Assembly (NCBI GenBank): GCA_031414535.1
Contig: JANNVQ010000005.1
Coordinates: 1-64,000 of the forward strand
Direction: 5' to 3'
From: Gemmatimonas sp.
GTDB lineage: Bacteria; Gemmatimonadota; Gemmatimonadetes; Gemmatimonadales; Gemmatimonadaceae
DNA: 64,000 nt
Both the position numbers and the translations under genes were made by a program. Below are positions 9,629 to 19,538 of the stretch, piece by piece. Every line of letters begins with the position of its first letter. Position 1 is the first letter of the stretch. The notes beneath the pieces are model-generated. The model made no database searches, had not been told where the DNA came from, and worked only from the letters and a program-made list of their open reading frames with translations.

Positions 9629-10246
9629 ATGCATCGCGCACTCCCGCTGTTTCTTCTCGCACTCGCCTGCTCCGCGCCCGCACCGGAGCCAATGCCGAGC
9701 CCCATCGCGCTTACGCCGGACACGCGCGAATTGATGATTGGCCGCGAACCGATGTTGCGCATCGATGACTGGATGGACTCGACTACCCACGTCGCCAGTG
9801 TCTTCTACATCGGTAAACGCTTGCCGGGCGAACCCGATGGTCCCGATCTCTACCTGAGCTTCTACTTCGCTGGCATCTGGCGTGACGAGCAGGTCACGGT
9901 GCGCGACCTCGAACACACGCTGCTGGCGAACTACGACGACTCGGTGCTCGTCTCCATCGACCCGCCGCCGAATGATCCTGGCGGTCACTACTACGTGATC
10001 TTGCGGCCATCCACCGGGCCACGAACGCACCATCGCACGCTGATGCGCGTCGGGCCGGATGGGCCAGACCTGTTCAACCTTGTGCTCAACGTGACGTATT
10101 GGGGGGAGACGAAGGACCGGAACCAACTGCATGAGCGGTGGCTGCGGGATAGCTCGAGGTACTGGGCGGGGGAATTGGGGCGCTTGAAGCTCGATCGGCG
10201 ATGGCGGGGGCGCCTTCTGATCGCGTCAGCGCGACCCGCCAAATAG
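9629..10246 (+). CDS. Hypothetical lipoprotein
   Basis: MHRALPLFLLALAC lipobox; open frame of 205 aa. Confidence 0.65.
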   Translation: MHRALPLFLLALACSAPAPEPMPSPIALTPDTRELMIGREPMLRIDDWMDSTTHVASVFYIGKRLPGEPDGPDLYLSFYFAGIWRDEQVTVRDLEHTLLANYDDSVLVSIDPPPNDPGGHYYVILRPSTGPRTHHRTLMRVGPDGPDLFNLVLNVTYWGETKDRNQLHERWLRDSSRYWAGELGRLKLDRRWRGRLLIASARPAK

Positions 10247-12844
10247 CACCGGAACCCAGAAACTCACCTTGAGCGAAAGGAAGTTGTCTCCCGCCGCACG
10301 CGTCGTGCGCAGCAGCTCGTCAAACCGCACCGGGTCGCCAAAGGTCTCGCTCGTCCGACGGTTCTGCTGCCAAACCAAGAACAGCGTGCTCCCGGGCTGC
10401 CACTCCCAACGCATCACCAAGTTGGAACGAAACGAAAGCACGTGAAAGTCGCGGGGGGCGAGTGTGAAGCTGTCGGCGCCGTCCACAATCGTCATCGTCC
10501 CGGTGGAGTCCACTGTGAGCGTCGTTCCATCCGTCCCATACTCACGCAGCTGTGCGCTTCGCGGCGCGACGAGTTCACCAATACCGGAGTAGCGACCGCT
10601 CGCCACGAACGGCTCGGCGTAACCCTCAAGCGTCAGGTTTGGCGTGAAGGTGAGATTCGCGCGGAGCTTTAGGGAGATCGTGGTGCGGTCAATCTTGCCA
10701 AAGATGTAGCGCTGGCCAAATGTGCGCGTGCCGCCGCTGCGGCTCGTGATGTACTGGCGGGGTTCGAGCCCTTCCTGCCAACTCGGCTCAATAGACGTCG
10801 AGATGCGGTCCGTGGTCCGCAGTGTGAGCTGGGCACCGATGTTGCGCTGGTTGCCTCCGAGCTCGTCGGTCCCGGCGCCGAGGTTGATACGCCACGGGGT
10901 CCGTGCGCCAAACGGATTGTTCAGCCGCAACTCTTGCCGCGCGCTCGCCACCTTGCCCATCAGTGGTCCGCCGCGCGTGAGCGCGTCGTCCGTCGTGGGC
11001 AGATCCCAGCTGACGCGCAGATTCACGTTCCAGAAATTCTTAAACGTGAGCGACGTATTCTGAGTCCAAGTGTTCTGCTGGTGCACGCCGCCGTAGTTGC
11101 GCGCGCCACGCGTCTCGAATCCTAGGCGCCAGCTCTGCAGATACCTTCCCGGCTCCGTCTCGCGCACCTGCAGGTCGGCGTTGTACTCAATGTCGTCCGT
11201 GGACTGCATGCGGCCCAAGTCATTCATCTCGAAGCCCGGCGACTCGGCCTTCACTTCGGCGCCCCAGAGAAAGGTCTCGCCCGCGTCTTTGTCGGCGCGA
11301 AGCTGAGCCGAGTAGCCCGACAGCGAGGTGCGCGTGGGATCGAAGCGCACGTGCTTCAAGTCGGGACGTTGGAAGAAGCGCACGCTCGATGTCTGCAGCC
11401 GACGGATAGCGGCGCTGTCACCGGCCACGTGCGATCCCGCGACAAATCCGCTGATTGCGTACTTGCCCTGCTGGAAACGCAGCCGCCAGTCGGCGCCCGC
11501 GAAGTACGCCTCGCGGGCCAATCGCGCCGCGAGGACTGGTTCACGCGTGACGTCACGATTCACGGCCGACATCGAGAGTCCGAGTGTTGACGCTTGCGTC
11601 CCGACTTCCTGTTGCAGGCGAAGCACGCCGTACGCCGTCCGCGGCTCCACGGCGAAGGAGCTGGTGGTTCCCGAGTCGATGTCATACACGCGAGACCGCT
11701 CGGACGCGGTGATGGCCGTCAGCGCGCCGATGCTGAGGCGGCTCGGCAGGCGGCCGGTGAGCTTGGCTGCGCCGAGAATGGTGCTCGAGCTCGGTGCGTC
11801 AACGAAATCGCCCGACACCGAGACGCGCGGGGGCGCGCCGATGCGACGCGCGTAGAAGTACTGCGCGCCGTTGCCGCGCAGCATTTCGCCTCCCTCCGTA
11901 AAGAAGGGCCGTCGTTCGTCGAAGAAGGTTTCGAATGCGCTGAGATTCACCTCTGCGGGATCCGCCTCCACCTGTCCGAAGTCCGGATTGATCGAGACGT
12001 CGAGCGTGAGCCCGCTGCCGACCGCCGCCTTGGCGTCGAGGCCGGCGCGCGAGGTGCGGGGCCGTTCAAGCGGATTCTCCACTCCCGTGCTGGCGCGGCG
12101 CGTGGCATCGCCAGCCGCGTAGGGGAGGAGCTCTACGGGCCGCGTGGCCCGCACGCCCTCGATGCCCTCGAGTGTGCCGAAGCGTGAGATGTAGCCCGTC
12201 TCGCTCGGCGGGACCAACACCCAGAAGTCATCCTCGTTGCGATCGGGGATCCAGCGATTGACCTGCAGTCCCCAACGCTGCACGTCGCGCGTGGGGAAGC
12301 GCAGCTGAGAGAACGGAATCCGCATCTCCGCCGTCCAACCGGCGGAGTCCAGCTGGGCGGCCGCCGCCCACACGGGATCGAACTGGCTCTCGCGGCCGCG
12401 AAAGTCCTCGTCCTGCGTATGCCGGAAATCCGAACGCACGCCGGCCGCCGAAACGCCGAAGCCAACTCCCGTGCGGCGGTCGAGCTGCGGGTCGAAGGTG
12501 ACGGTGATTCTCTCCGCGTTGGCCTGGCCGTCGCGGCGACTCATCATGCGCGGGACGCTCTTAGGGTCAACGCGGAGCATCCGCGCGCCGATATAAATCG
12601 CCTCGTCGTCGTACATGATGTAGACGCGAGTCCGCTCGCTCGCCGCGGCGCCCGGCGTGGGGCGTAGCTGCGTGAAGTCTTCAATGGCAATCGCCTGCGC
12701 CCAGAGCGGCTCATCCATACGGCCATCGATCGTCGGCATCGTACGCGTGCGCGTGGCGGTGGCCTTCTTGTCAGAAGGCTGGGCCAAGACGGTGGACGCG
12801 CTGAATACGACAGCGAGCGAGACGGCCGCGGCGAGGGCACGCAA
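10226..12844 (-). CDS. CBM9-like + DUF5916 exported/outer-membrane protein
   Basis: Signal peptide, PTIDGRMDEPLW, WTAEMRIPFSQLRF, NPDFGQVEADP, ERRPFF, RWEWQPGSTLFLVW. Confidence 0.88.
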   Translation of the reverse strand: MRALAAAVSLAVVFSASTVLAQPSDKKATATRTRTMPTIDGRMDEPLWAQAIAIEDFTQLRPTPGAAASERTRVYIMYDDEAIYIGARMLRVDPKSVPRMMSRRDGQANAERITVTFDPQLDRRTGVGFGVSAAGVRSDFRHTQDEDFRGRESQFDPVWAAAAQLDSAGWTAEMRIPFSQLRFPTRDVQRWGLQVNRWIPDRNEDDFWVLVPPSETGYISRFGTLEGIEGVRATRPVELLPYAAGDATRRASTGVENPLERPRTSRAGLDAKAAVGSGLTLDVSINPDFGQVEADPAEVNLSAFETFFDERRPFFTEGGEMLRGNGAQYFYARRIGAPPRVSVSGDFVDAPSSSTILGAAKLTGRLPSRLSIGALTAITASERSRVYDIDSGTTSSFAVEPRTAYGVLRLQQEVGTQASTLGLSMSAVNRDVTREPVLAARLAREAYFAGADWRLRFQQGKYAISGFVAGSHVAGDSAAIRRLQTSSVRFFQRPDLKHVRFDPTRTSLSGYSAQLRADKDAGETFLWGAEVKAESPGFEMNDLGRMQSTDDIEYNADLQVRETEPGRYLQSWRLGFETRGARNYGGVHQQNTWTQNTSLTFKNFWNVNLRVSWDLPTTDDALTRGGPLMGKVASARQELRLNNPFGARTPWRINLGAGTDELGGNQRNIGAQLTLRTTDRISTSIEPSWQEGLEPRQYITSRSGGTRTFGQRYIFGKIDRTTISLKLRANLTFTPNLTLEGYAEPFVASGRYSGIGELVAPRSAQLREYGTDGTTLTVDSTGTMTIVDGADSFTLAPRDFHVLSFRSNLVMRWEWQPGSTLFLVWQQNRRTSETFGDPVRFDELLRTTRAAGDNFLSLKVSFWVPVLFGGSR

Positions 12845-12911
12845 GCCGGGATGAGTCAGGAGTAACAGCGGGACCTCGGACGGGAAGGCAGCTTCAGAGC
12901 TTACACAGGAT

Positions 12912-12937
12912 TACGCAGTCCGTTCTCGATTCGTTGC
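12912..12937 (-). promoter_or_regulatory. Putative ECF-sigma promoter GCAAC-N16-GCGTA
   Basis: Same motif and spacing upstream of the paralogue at 39811-39836. Confidence 0.5.
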
Positions 12938-13043
12938 CGCGCCGCCACACCGCCAGTCCTCGCGTCAAGCGCGAGCACCCCGTATACTCGACAATCTGGA
13001 TTGAACGTCGAACACCGAAACACCACCCACCGCAATACCCACC

Positions 13044-13433
13044 ATGCCCTCCATCAACACCAGCAAGACCGACGTCAGCTTCTTCCGCTGGTCTGACATG
13101 CCCAAGGAAGAGGTCACGCCCCAAATCTCCCGCCGCCTCGTCACCGGCCAGGGCATGATGCTCGCCCACGTCTATCTCGCCAAAGGCGCCATCGTCCCCA
13201 AGCACCAGCACCACAACGAGCAAATCACGTACATCCTCGAAGGCGCGCTCCGCTTCTGGATCGGCGAGAACGGCGAGCAGACCATCGACGTCCATGCTGG
13301 CGATGTGCTGCACATCCCATCCAACGTCTGGCACAAGGCCGAAGCGCTCGAAGACACACTCGACGTAGATGTGTTCGATCCGCCGCGTCAGGATTGGCTC
13401 GACGGCACCGACTCCTACTTCCACAAGAAGTAG
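13044..13433 (+). CDS. Cupin domain protein
   Basis: HQHHNEQITYILEG and IPSNVWH cupin motifs. Confidence 0.9.
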   Translation: MPSINTSKTDVSFFRWSDMPKEEVTPQISRRLVTGQGMMLAHVYLAKGAIVPKHQHHNEQITYILEGALRFWIGENGEQTIDVHAGDVLHIPSNVWHKAEALEDTLDVDVFDPPRQDWLDGTDSYFHKK

Positions 13434-13435
13434 CA

Positions 13436-14224
13436 GTGGATCTCGGACTCAAAGGCAAAGTCGCCTTCGTCGCGGCATCAAGCCGCGGACTCGGCGCGGC
13501 AATCGCTGAGGGGCTCGCAGCCGAGGGCGCGCACATCGTCTGCTGCGCGCGCACAGCCGAAATTCACGAGAAGGCGGCCGCGCTGGCGTCGCGCTACAAA
13601 GTTGATGCACTCGGCATCGAGGCCGACGTCTCGCTGCCGGCCGATGTCACACGCGCCGTTGACGCGACCATCAAGAGATTTGGCCAAATAGATATTCTCG
13701 TCACTAACGCCGGCGGCCCGCCTCCTGGACCCTTCGAGAGTCACACGCCAGAAGCCTGGGACACAGCCATCGCGCTCAACCTGAGCAGCGTCGTCAATCT
13801 CGTCCGCGCCACACTCCCCGGAATGAAGACGCGCCGCTGGGGCCGCATCTTGAACGTGACGTCAATCGCAGTGAAGCAGCCCGTGGACAATCTCATTCTC
13901 TCCAACAGCGTCCGCGCTGCCGTCACGGGCTTCGCCCGCACGCTCGCCAACGAAGTCGCACCGTTCAACATCACGGTGAACAATCTGCTGCCCGGATACA
14001 CACGCACCGAGCGGCTCGATCAACTCGCCGCCGCAAACGCCGTGGCTAAAAACGTCTCCAAAGAGGCGGCCTTCGCCGCGTGGGAGCAGCAAATCCCGAT
14101 GGGCCGTGTCGGCGAACCACATGAGTTCGCCGCACTCGCCACATTTCTCGCCAGTGAGCGCGCTAGTTATATCACAGCACAGAGCATTGCAGTGGACGGC
14201 GGCTGGATCCGCTCCCTGCTCTAG
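13436..14224 (+). CDS. SDR family oxidoreductase
   Basis: AASSRGLG, NAGGP, VDGG motifs; GTG start MDLGLKGK. Confidence 0.9.
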   Translation: MDLGLKGKVAFVAASSRGLGAAIAEGLAAEGAHIVCCARTAEIHEKAAALASRYKVDALGIEADVSLPADVTRAVDATIKRFGQIDILVTNAGGPPPGPFESHTPEAWDTAIALNLSSVVNLVRATLPGMKTRRWGRILNVTSIAVKQPVDNLILSNSVRAAVTGFARTLANEVAPFNITVNNLLPGYTRTERLDQLAAANAVAKNVSKEAAFAAWEQQIPMGRVGEPHEFAALATFLASERASYITAQSIAVDGGWIRSLL

Positions 14225-14247
14225 TCCTTCCCCCCAACACAACGACC

Positions 14248-15174
14248 GTGGCCAAGATCGGCGAGACCCAATACATCTGGAAGGACGGCGCCTTCATTAA
14301 CTGGAAGGACGCCAACATTCACGTGCTCGCGCACTCCGTCCAGTTCGGCTCGGCGGTCTTCGAGGGCATTCGCTGCTACGCCACGCCCAAGGGACCCGCG
14401 ATCTTCCGCCTCCGCGAGCATCTGCGTCGGATGCTCAACTCGTGCAAGATCTATCGGATGCCGGTGCCGTATAGCATTGACCAACTCGTCGAGGCCAACC
14501 GCGAACTCGTCCGTAAAAACGCGATTGACGCCTGCTACCTCCGCCCGATGGTGATTCGCGGTTACGGCGCGGCAGGCATGGTCCCCTTCGAAAGCCCCAT
14601 CGAGGTGTATCTCCCTTGCTGGCCTTGGGGTGCCTACCTCGGCGCCGACGCGCTCGAGAAGGGCGTGGATGCCTGCGTGTCTACTTGGAATCGCGTCGCA
14701 CCAAATACGATTCCCGCCATCGCGAAGATTGCGGGCAACTACTTGAGCGGCCAGTTGATCAAGATGGAAGCGCTGCAGAACGGCTACGACGAGGCCATCG
14801 CCCTCGGGCCGGACGGGATGGTAAGCGAGGGCTCAGGGCAGAATGTGTTCGTGGTGGATGGTGGCGTGCTCTACACGCCGCCGATTGACGGCACGCTGTT
14901 GCCAGGCATCACGCGGAGCGCCGTGCTCGCGCTCGCCGAGGAGCTAGGCCTCAAGCACGTGGTCCAGCCAATCGCGCGCGAAGTGCTCTACACCTGCGAC
15001 GAGATGTTTGTGTGCGGGACGGCCAGCGAGATCACGCCGGTGAAGAGCGTTGATCGGCTCCCAGTCGGGGACGGCAAGGTCGGCCCGGTCACGAAGGCCC
15101 TACAGACGCGATTCCTCGACGTCGTGAATGGCCGCGTGGAGGATACGCGAGGGTGGCTGACGTACGTGAGGTGA
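14248..15174 (+). CDS. ilvE: Branched-chain amino acid aminotransferase
   Basis: FEGIRCY, AKIAGNY (PLP lysine), SEGSGQN, LPGITR, GTASEITPV. Confidence 0.93.
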   Translation: MAKIGETQYIWKDGAFINWKDANIHVLAHSVQFGSAVFEGIRCYATPKGPAIFRLREHLRRMLNSCKIYRMPVPYSIDQLVEANRELVRKNAIDACYLRPMVIRGYGAAGMVPFESPIEVYLPCWPWGAYLGADALEKGVDACVSTWNRVAPNTIPAIAKIAGNYLSGQLIKMEALQNGYDEAIALGPDGMVSEGSGQNVFVVDGGVLYTPPIDGTLLPGITRSAVLALAEELGLKHVVQPIAREVLYTCDEMFVCGTASEITPVKSVDRLPVGDGKVGPVTKALQTRFLDVVNGRVEDTRGWLTYVR

Positions 15175-15711
15175 GCGCGCGGCATCACGCAGCAGTCCCG
15201 TAGGCGCGCTCAGCTACTGCACCAATCCGTTAGGCGAGGCCGTCGCTGCCCAGCGCTAATCCACGTCCGCCACCGTCATCGCCTCCGCTTCAAACACCGC
15301 CGTGTCAAGCAAGTCATTCCCGCTTCTCCTGAGATACGCTTCGACACCGTGCTTGGATGTGGTAAAAAGGGTTGGCTGCCCGACAATTGGCGCGGCGAAG
15401 CAGAAAGCCATGGGCCCGACTCCGGCCGGCCGCGCCGTGCGCGCTCAGAATGAGCACCCGAACGCCTTCGCGCTCGGCCGGCATCCACTCCGATGATCTG
15501 AGATTTCCAAGGACTGGGCTGACGCCGAGCCCGCGAGGCGCCTCGAACATTGCGCCCTCGTGCCAACAGACGGCGCGCGACGCCCGCTTCAACGACCGTC
15601 GGCCAAGCGACCAATCCGATTCGCTATCACCCGACGTACCTCTCCTGATGTCTCGTCAGGCATCTGCCCTGCGTATTCGCGGGGTCCAACCGAAACTCAC
15701 GGAGAGAGATC

Positions 15712-16338
15712 ATGAAGAGAAGCATGTTGGCCGCCTTCGCACTACTGACGACCGCAGGCTTGATCGGTTGCGCCGATGAAAGCCCGATGGAGGCACAGCA
15801 CTCCGCAAACTCGATGGCCGAGGTGCACAACGCGCAGAATGGCGCGGCGATTGGTACGACGGCCGGTTGGCTGGACGGCAAGTCGGTGACGTTCTTCTAC
15901 AATAAGAACTTCTTCTGCAGAAGCGCCCCGGCAAGCGAGGCTGAGTCCGGCTGCGTACTCGGTGCAGAGCCGGAAGTGGCGCCGCGCTCCGGAAACGTGC
16001 CGGTGGTGTACGTGATGACGCCCTTGGGTTTCACGCCGGAGAACCTCCACTGCCCAGTGGTCGGAGACTGCATCAATCACCCGTCCACGATTGACGCGTC
16101 CCGTGTCTTCGGCGATGGCGCAAAGAATCTGCCCCTGCCCGCTCACAGCCACATCGTCGATCAGCGCGCCGGCGGTTGGTGGGAGATTGAGGTGGTTGGC
16201 GTGACGGATCCGGCCGTGTGGGCGCAGGTGGCGGCGGCGAAGGATCTAGAAACAGTACGGACATTGCAGGCCGCGGGTACCGGTATCACCGGTGACATCC
16301 CCACGAACCTGTTCCTGTTCTTCAGCGTACGCCCATAA
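15712..16338 (+). CDS. Hypothetical lipoprotein with Cys/His motifs
   Basis: Lipobox LIGC, GGAGAG RBS, HCPVVGDCINH and PAHSH motifs. Confidence 0.75.
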   Translation: MKRSMLAAFALLTTAGLIGCADESPMEAQHSANSMAEVHNAQNGAAIGTTAGWLDGKSVTFFYNKNFFCRSAPASEAESGCVLGAEPEVAPRSGNVPVVYVMTPLGFTPENLHCPVVGDCINHPSTIDASRVFGDGAKNLPLPAHSHIVDQRAGGWWEIEVVGVTDPAVWAQVAAAKDLETVRTLQAAGTGITGDIPTNLFLFFSVRP

Positions 16339-16346
16339 TCACAGTC

Positions 16347-16374
16347 GTGCCGGCGGAAATCCCTCCGCCGGCAC
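16347..16374 (+). terminator. GC-rich intergenic stem-loop
   Basis: GTGCCGGCGGA-6 nt-TCCGCCGGCAC, without a U-tract. Confidence 0.45.
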
Positions 16375-16393
16375 ACCACCAACGGGAATTGTC

Positions 16394-16852
16394 ATGCACA
16401 GTGCTCAAGACCTACAGTTCTCAAAATCTGAAGCCCGCAGCCTGCGACCGATTGCCGCAGGTTTAGCAGGGGCGATCGGTGGGACTTTAATCATCGTGGG
16501 CACCGTACTTCCCTGGTTCTCGCTTTACGCGGGGCTGCATCCGCTGCGTGGCATCATGGGATTGAACGGACGACTTCTCCTTGCCGGTGGTGCCGTGGCG
16601 GCAATCATTGGCACCGTCCTCCTCTTCCGTGACCTACGACCCCTACGCCTCCTGCTCGGCGGACTCGGAATCGGGCTCGCACTCTTCGCTGGATGGATCC
16701 TGCTCGGCGTTCCCGCGACGTATCGGACCTTGCAGGAGAATCCCATGCTGGTTGCGCAGATTGGGCCAGGCCTATTTGTCGCCTTATTGGGGACTCTGGT
16801 GGTGGGAGGCGCGCTGTTGCCTCAGCGGTTCACGCGGCGCGCGCCCAGATAG
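16394..16852 (+). CDS. Hypothetical 4-TM membrane protein
   Basis: Four hydrophobic helices; LPW and IGPGL motifs. Confidence 0.65.
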   Translation: MHSAQDLQFSKSEARSLRPIAAGLAGAIGGTLIIVGTVLPWFSLYAGLHPLRGIMGLNGRLLLAGGAVAAIIGTVLLFRDLRPLRLLLGGLGIGLALFAGWILLGVPATYRTLQENPMLVAQIGPGLFVALLGTLVVGGALLPQRFTRRAPR

Positions 16853-17073
16853 TCTCGGCCGCGAACCATCAAGGATTCAAATGCGCTGGCATCACCAGCG
16901 CGGATTGTGCGCTGAAGCTCGTGCACCGCGCGAACGAGTGCCTCCAAGGACTCGTCCCCATAGTCATTGAGGCGCTGAATCTCGAAGTAGAGCTCAGGAC
17001 TTTCCTTCGCAACCCGGCTCGCCACCTCTAGCTGCTCGCGAAGCGCCGCGAGCGACTTATCAGGTTGGGGCAC
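16822..17073 (-). pseudogene. Internally deleted chorismate mutase/prephenate dehydrogenase (tyrA) remnant
   Basis: [31 protein letters not shown] matches the PDH C-terminus. The preceding SLAALREQL resembles a chorismate mutase N-terminus. Confidence 0.6.
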
Positions 17074-17151
17074 GCGTCACGACCGCCGGTCAAAGATGAT
17101 GCGAATCAATCTCCGCGCAGTCTGGCCGATCGGCTGCGCGAGAGCAACAGC

Positions 17152-17185
17152 GACAAAGGGCGCCCCGATCGGGGCGCCCTTTGTC
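17152..17185 (-). terminator. Terminator-like perfect 34-bp palindrome downstream of tRNA-Gln
   Basis: GACAAAGGGCGCCCCGA/TCGGGGCGCCCTTTGTC. Confidence 0.75.
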
Positions 17186-17212
17186 ATCAATCGAAAATCA
17201 CATTCGCTGTAG

Positions 17213-17285
17213 TTGCCCCTCTAGGTTTCGAACCTAGAACCTTCTGATCCAGAATCAGACGCTCTGCCAGTTGAGCTAAGGGGCA
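17213..17285 (-). tRNA. tRNA-Gln(CTG)
   Basis: Cloverleaf TGCCCCT..TCTGA-TT-CTG-GA-TCAGA..GGTTCGAAACC..AGGGGCAA; CCA not encoded. Confidence 0.95.
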
Positions 17286-17315
17286 ATAACTCCGCAGTCG
17301 CCCACGAAGAATCGA

Positions 17316-17344
17316 AAAATAAACGCGCGGTCCCGCCGGAGCAA
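17316..17344 (-). promoter_or_regulatory. Putative sigma70 promoter for tRNA-Gln
   Basis: TTGCTC-N17-TATTTT on the minus strand. Confidence 0.45.
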
Positions 17345-17484
17345 GTCCTTCGAAAACGTCGCAAGTCGCTGCCAGACAGTGACTTGCATACCGCCGCCCA
17401 CAGGCGCATCCTCTCACGCCATCAGGAATCGAGCACTTCACGTCGCATCGAGACGCTGTCCCACCACCCTACCCCCCGACCCGC

Positions 17485-17742
17485 ATGACGCTCCGAATCG
17501 GCCTCAGCATAATCATCATACTCTGCGCCATTCCCATCATCGCGACGGCACTGCGTCAGAAGCCAGCATCCAAGCCGCTCCTCCTGCTCGGCCTCGGATT
17601 CGTGCTCATGGGAGGTTCGGACTTTTTGGAACCGGTGTCCGAACCGGCAGCCACGGCGGTCAACATCGCCGGCCTCCTGATCATTTTCGGCGTGGGAATT
17701 CGCACAGGATTCTCAAGCAAGCCCGCGGAGCCCAAGGGCTAG
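17485..17742 (+). CDS. Small hypothetical membrane protein
   Basis: 85 aa with three hydrophobic segments. Confidence 0.6.
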   Translation: MTLRIGLSIIIILCAIPIIATALRQKPASKPLLLLGLGFVLMGGSDFLEPVSEPAATAVNIAGLLIIFGVGIRTGFSSKPAEPKG

Positions 17743-17745
17743 CCG

Positions 17746-19434
17746 TCAGCCCTTCTTCACTTCCTTCGCCCACGAATCCCGCAGGTTCACAATCCGGTTG
17801 AACACCAGCTTCCCCGGCTTGCTGTCCTCGGGCTCCGAGTAGAAATACCCCACTCGCTCAAACTGATACCGACTGCCAATCGGATCATTCGCGACCGTCG
17901 GCTCCACCTTGGCGTCAGGAATGACAAGCAACGAATCAGGATTGAGCGCGCTCAAGAAGTCCTGACCCTCCGGCACCGCATCCGGGTCCGGTAGAGTGAA
18001 CAGGCGGTCATACAGGCGCACCTCACAACTGAGCGCATGCGCGGCTGACACCCACTGGATGGTGCCCTTCACCTTCTTGTCGCTCGTGCCACCGCTCTTG
18101 GTGTCCACGTCATAGGTGCAGCGCAACTCCACAATCTTGCCCGCCGCATCCTTCACGACTTCTTCGCACTTGATGATGTAGCCAAAGCGCAGACGCACCT
18201 CGTTCCCCGGCGAGAGCCGGAAGAATTTCTTTGGCGGCTCTTCCATGAAGTCGTCGGCATCAATGAACAGCTCGCGCGAGAACGGAATCTCCCTCGTGCC
18301 CGTCTTGGGCACGTCGTAGGGATAGTTCTGCGCCTCGAGCATCTCCACCTGGCCCTCGGGGTAGTTCGTGAGAACCACCTTCAACGGCTTGAGCACCGCA
18401 AGCACGCGAGGGACTTCCATGTTGAGATCATTGCGCACGGCATGCTCAAAGGCGCCAATCTCCACCCGCGCGTCCTTCCTCGCCACGCCAATCGTCTCGG
18501 CGAAGTCGCGAATGGCTTCCGCGCGCACACCACGACGACGCATGCCAGCAATCGTCGGCATCCGCGGATCGTCCCAACCCTTCACATGCCCGCCCTCCAC
18601 GAGGCGCAGCAGCTTCCGCTTGCTGAGCACCGTGTAATCCAATTCAAGCCTCGCGAACTCGATTTGCGTCGGCGGATTCGTGAAGCCCGCTTCGGCCACC
18701 AGCCAATCGTAGATGTCGCGATTGTCCTTGAACTCCAACGTGCACAGCGAGCGCGTGATGCCCTCGATGGCGTCGCTCAACCCGTGCGCGAAGTCGTAGA
18801 AGGGGAAAATCTTCCAGTCCGTCCCGCGGCGATAATGATGCGCCTCACGACGAATGCGCAGCAGCAGCGGATCGCGCATGATCATGTTGTGGTGCCCCAT
18901 GTCAATCTTGGCGCGCAGCACCTTCGTGCCGTCGGCGAATTCACCGGCCTTCATGCGGCGCAGCAGATCGAGATTCACCTCGGCGCTGCGATTGCGCCAA
19001 GGCGAAGCCGTGCCCGCCGACGTCACCGTGCCGCGATTGGTGCGAATCTGCTCTTCGGTCTGGTCGTCCACATAGGCCTTGCCCTTGTTCACCAAGAGCT
19101 CAGCAATCTCATACAGCTTCTCGAAGTAATCCGAGGCGTAGAGCTCTTTGGTCCACTGAAAACCCAACCACTGCACGTCGCGCTTGATGGACTCCACATA
19201 GCGCACGTCTTCCGTGAGCGGATTGGTGTCGTCGAAGCGCAGATTGCAGCTGCCGCCGTATTCCTTGGCGATGCCAAAGTTCAGGCAGATGGACTTGGCG
19301 TGCCCCATGTGCAAGAAGCCATTCGGTTCCGGTGGGAAGCGAGTGGCAGGGGCGCGGCCGAAGCGGCCAGTTTCAACATCGGCGGCGACGAGCTCGCGGA
19401 TGAAATCTTTGGAGCGTTCTGTGGGTTCGGTCAC
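17746..19434 (-). CDS. glnS: Glutamine--tRNA ligase
   Basis: RFPPEPNGFLHMGH (HIGH), VLSKRKL, GWDDPRMPT, QFERVGYF; no YqeY extension. Confidence 0.96.
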   Translation of the reverse strand: MTEPTERSKDFIRELVAADVETGRFGRAPATRFPPEPNGFLHMGHAKSICLNFGIAKEYGGSCNLRFDDTNPLTEDVRYVESIKRDVQWLGFQWTKELYASDYFEKLYEIAELLVNKGKAYVDDQTEEQIRTNRGTVTSAGTASPWRNRSAEVNLDLLRRMKAGEFADGTKVLRAKIDMGHHNMIMRDPLLLRIRREAHHYRRGTDWKIFPFYDFAHGLSDAIEGITRSLCTLEFKDNRDIYDWLVAEAGFTNPPTQIEFARLELDYTVLSKRKLLRLVEGGHVKGWDDPRMPTIAGMRRRGVRAEAIRDFAETIGVARKDARVEIGAFEHAVRNDLNMEVPRVLAVLKPLKVVLTNYPEGQVEMLEAQNYPYDVPKTGTREIPFSRELFIDADDFMEEPPKKFFRLSPGNEVRLRFGYIIKCEEVVKDAAGKIVELRCTYDVDTKSGGTSDKKVKGTIQWVSAAHALSCEVRLYDRLFTLPDPDAVPEGQDFLSALNPDSLLVIPDAKVEPTVANDPIGSRYQFERVGYFYSEPEDSKPGKLVFNRIVNLRDSWAKEVKKG

Positions 19435-19435
19435 T

Positions 19436-19522
19436 GGACGGATGACGGATGACGGATGCTAAAAGCTAACCACCAGTCGCCGCTGCCGTTCGCAGTTAGC
19501 TTCCGTCATCCGTCTTCCGTCC
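19436..19522. repeat. Inverted heptamer-repeat element (GACGGAT/A)n
   Basis: GGACGGATGACGGATGACGGATGC ... CGCAGTTAGCTTCCGTCATCCGTCTTCCGTCC. Confidence 0.9.
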
Positions 19523-19538
19523 AGTCATCGAGCGCCCC

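Noticed and set aside
15200..15240. attC-like end ATCCGTTAGGC
   Set aside because: No matching RYYYAAC inverse core upstream, and no integrase or cassette array
18442..19452. 336-aa plus-strand ORF
   Set aside because: Antisense to glnS; a typical high-GC shadow ORF
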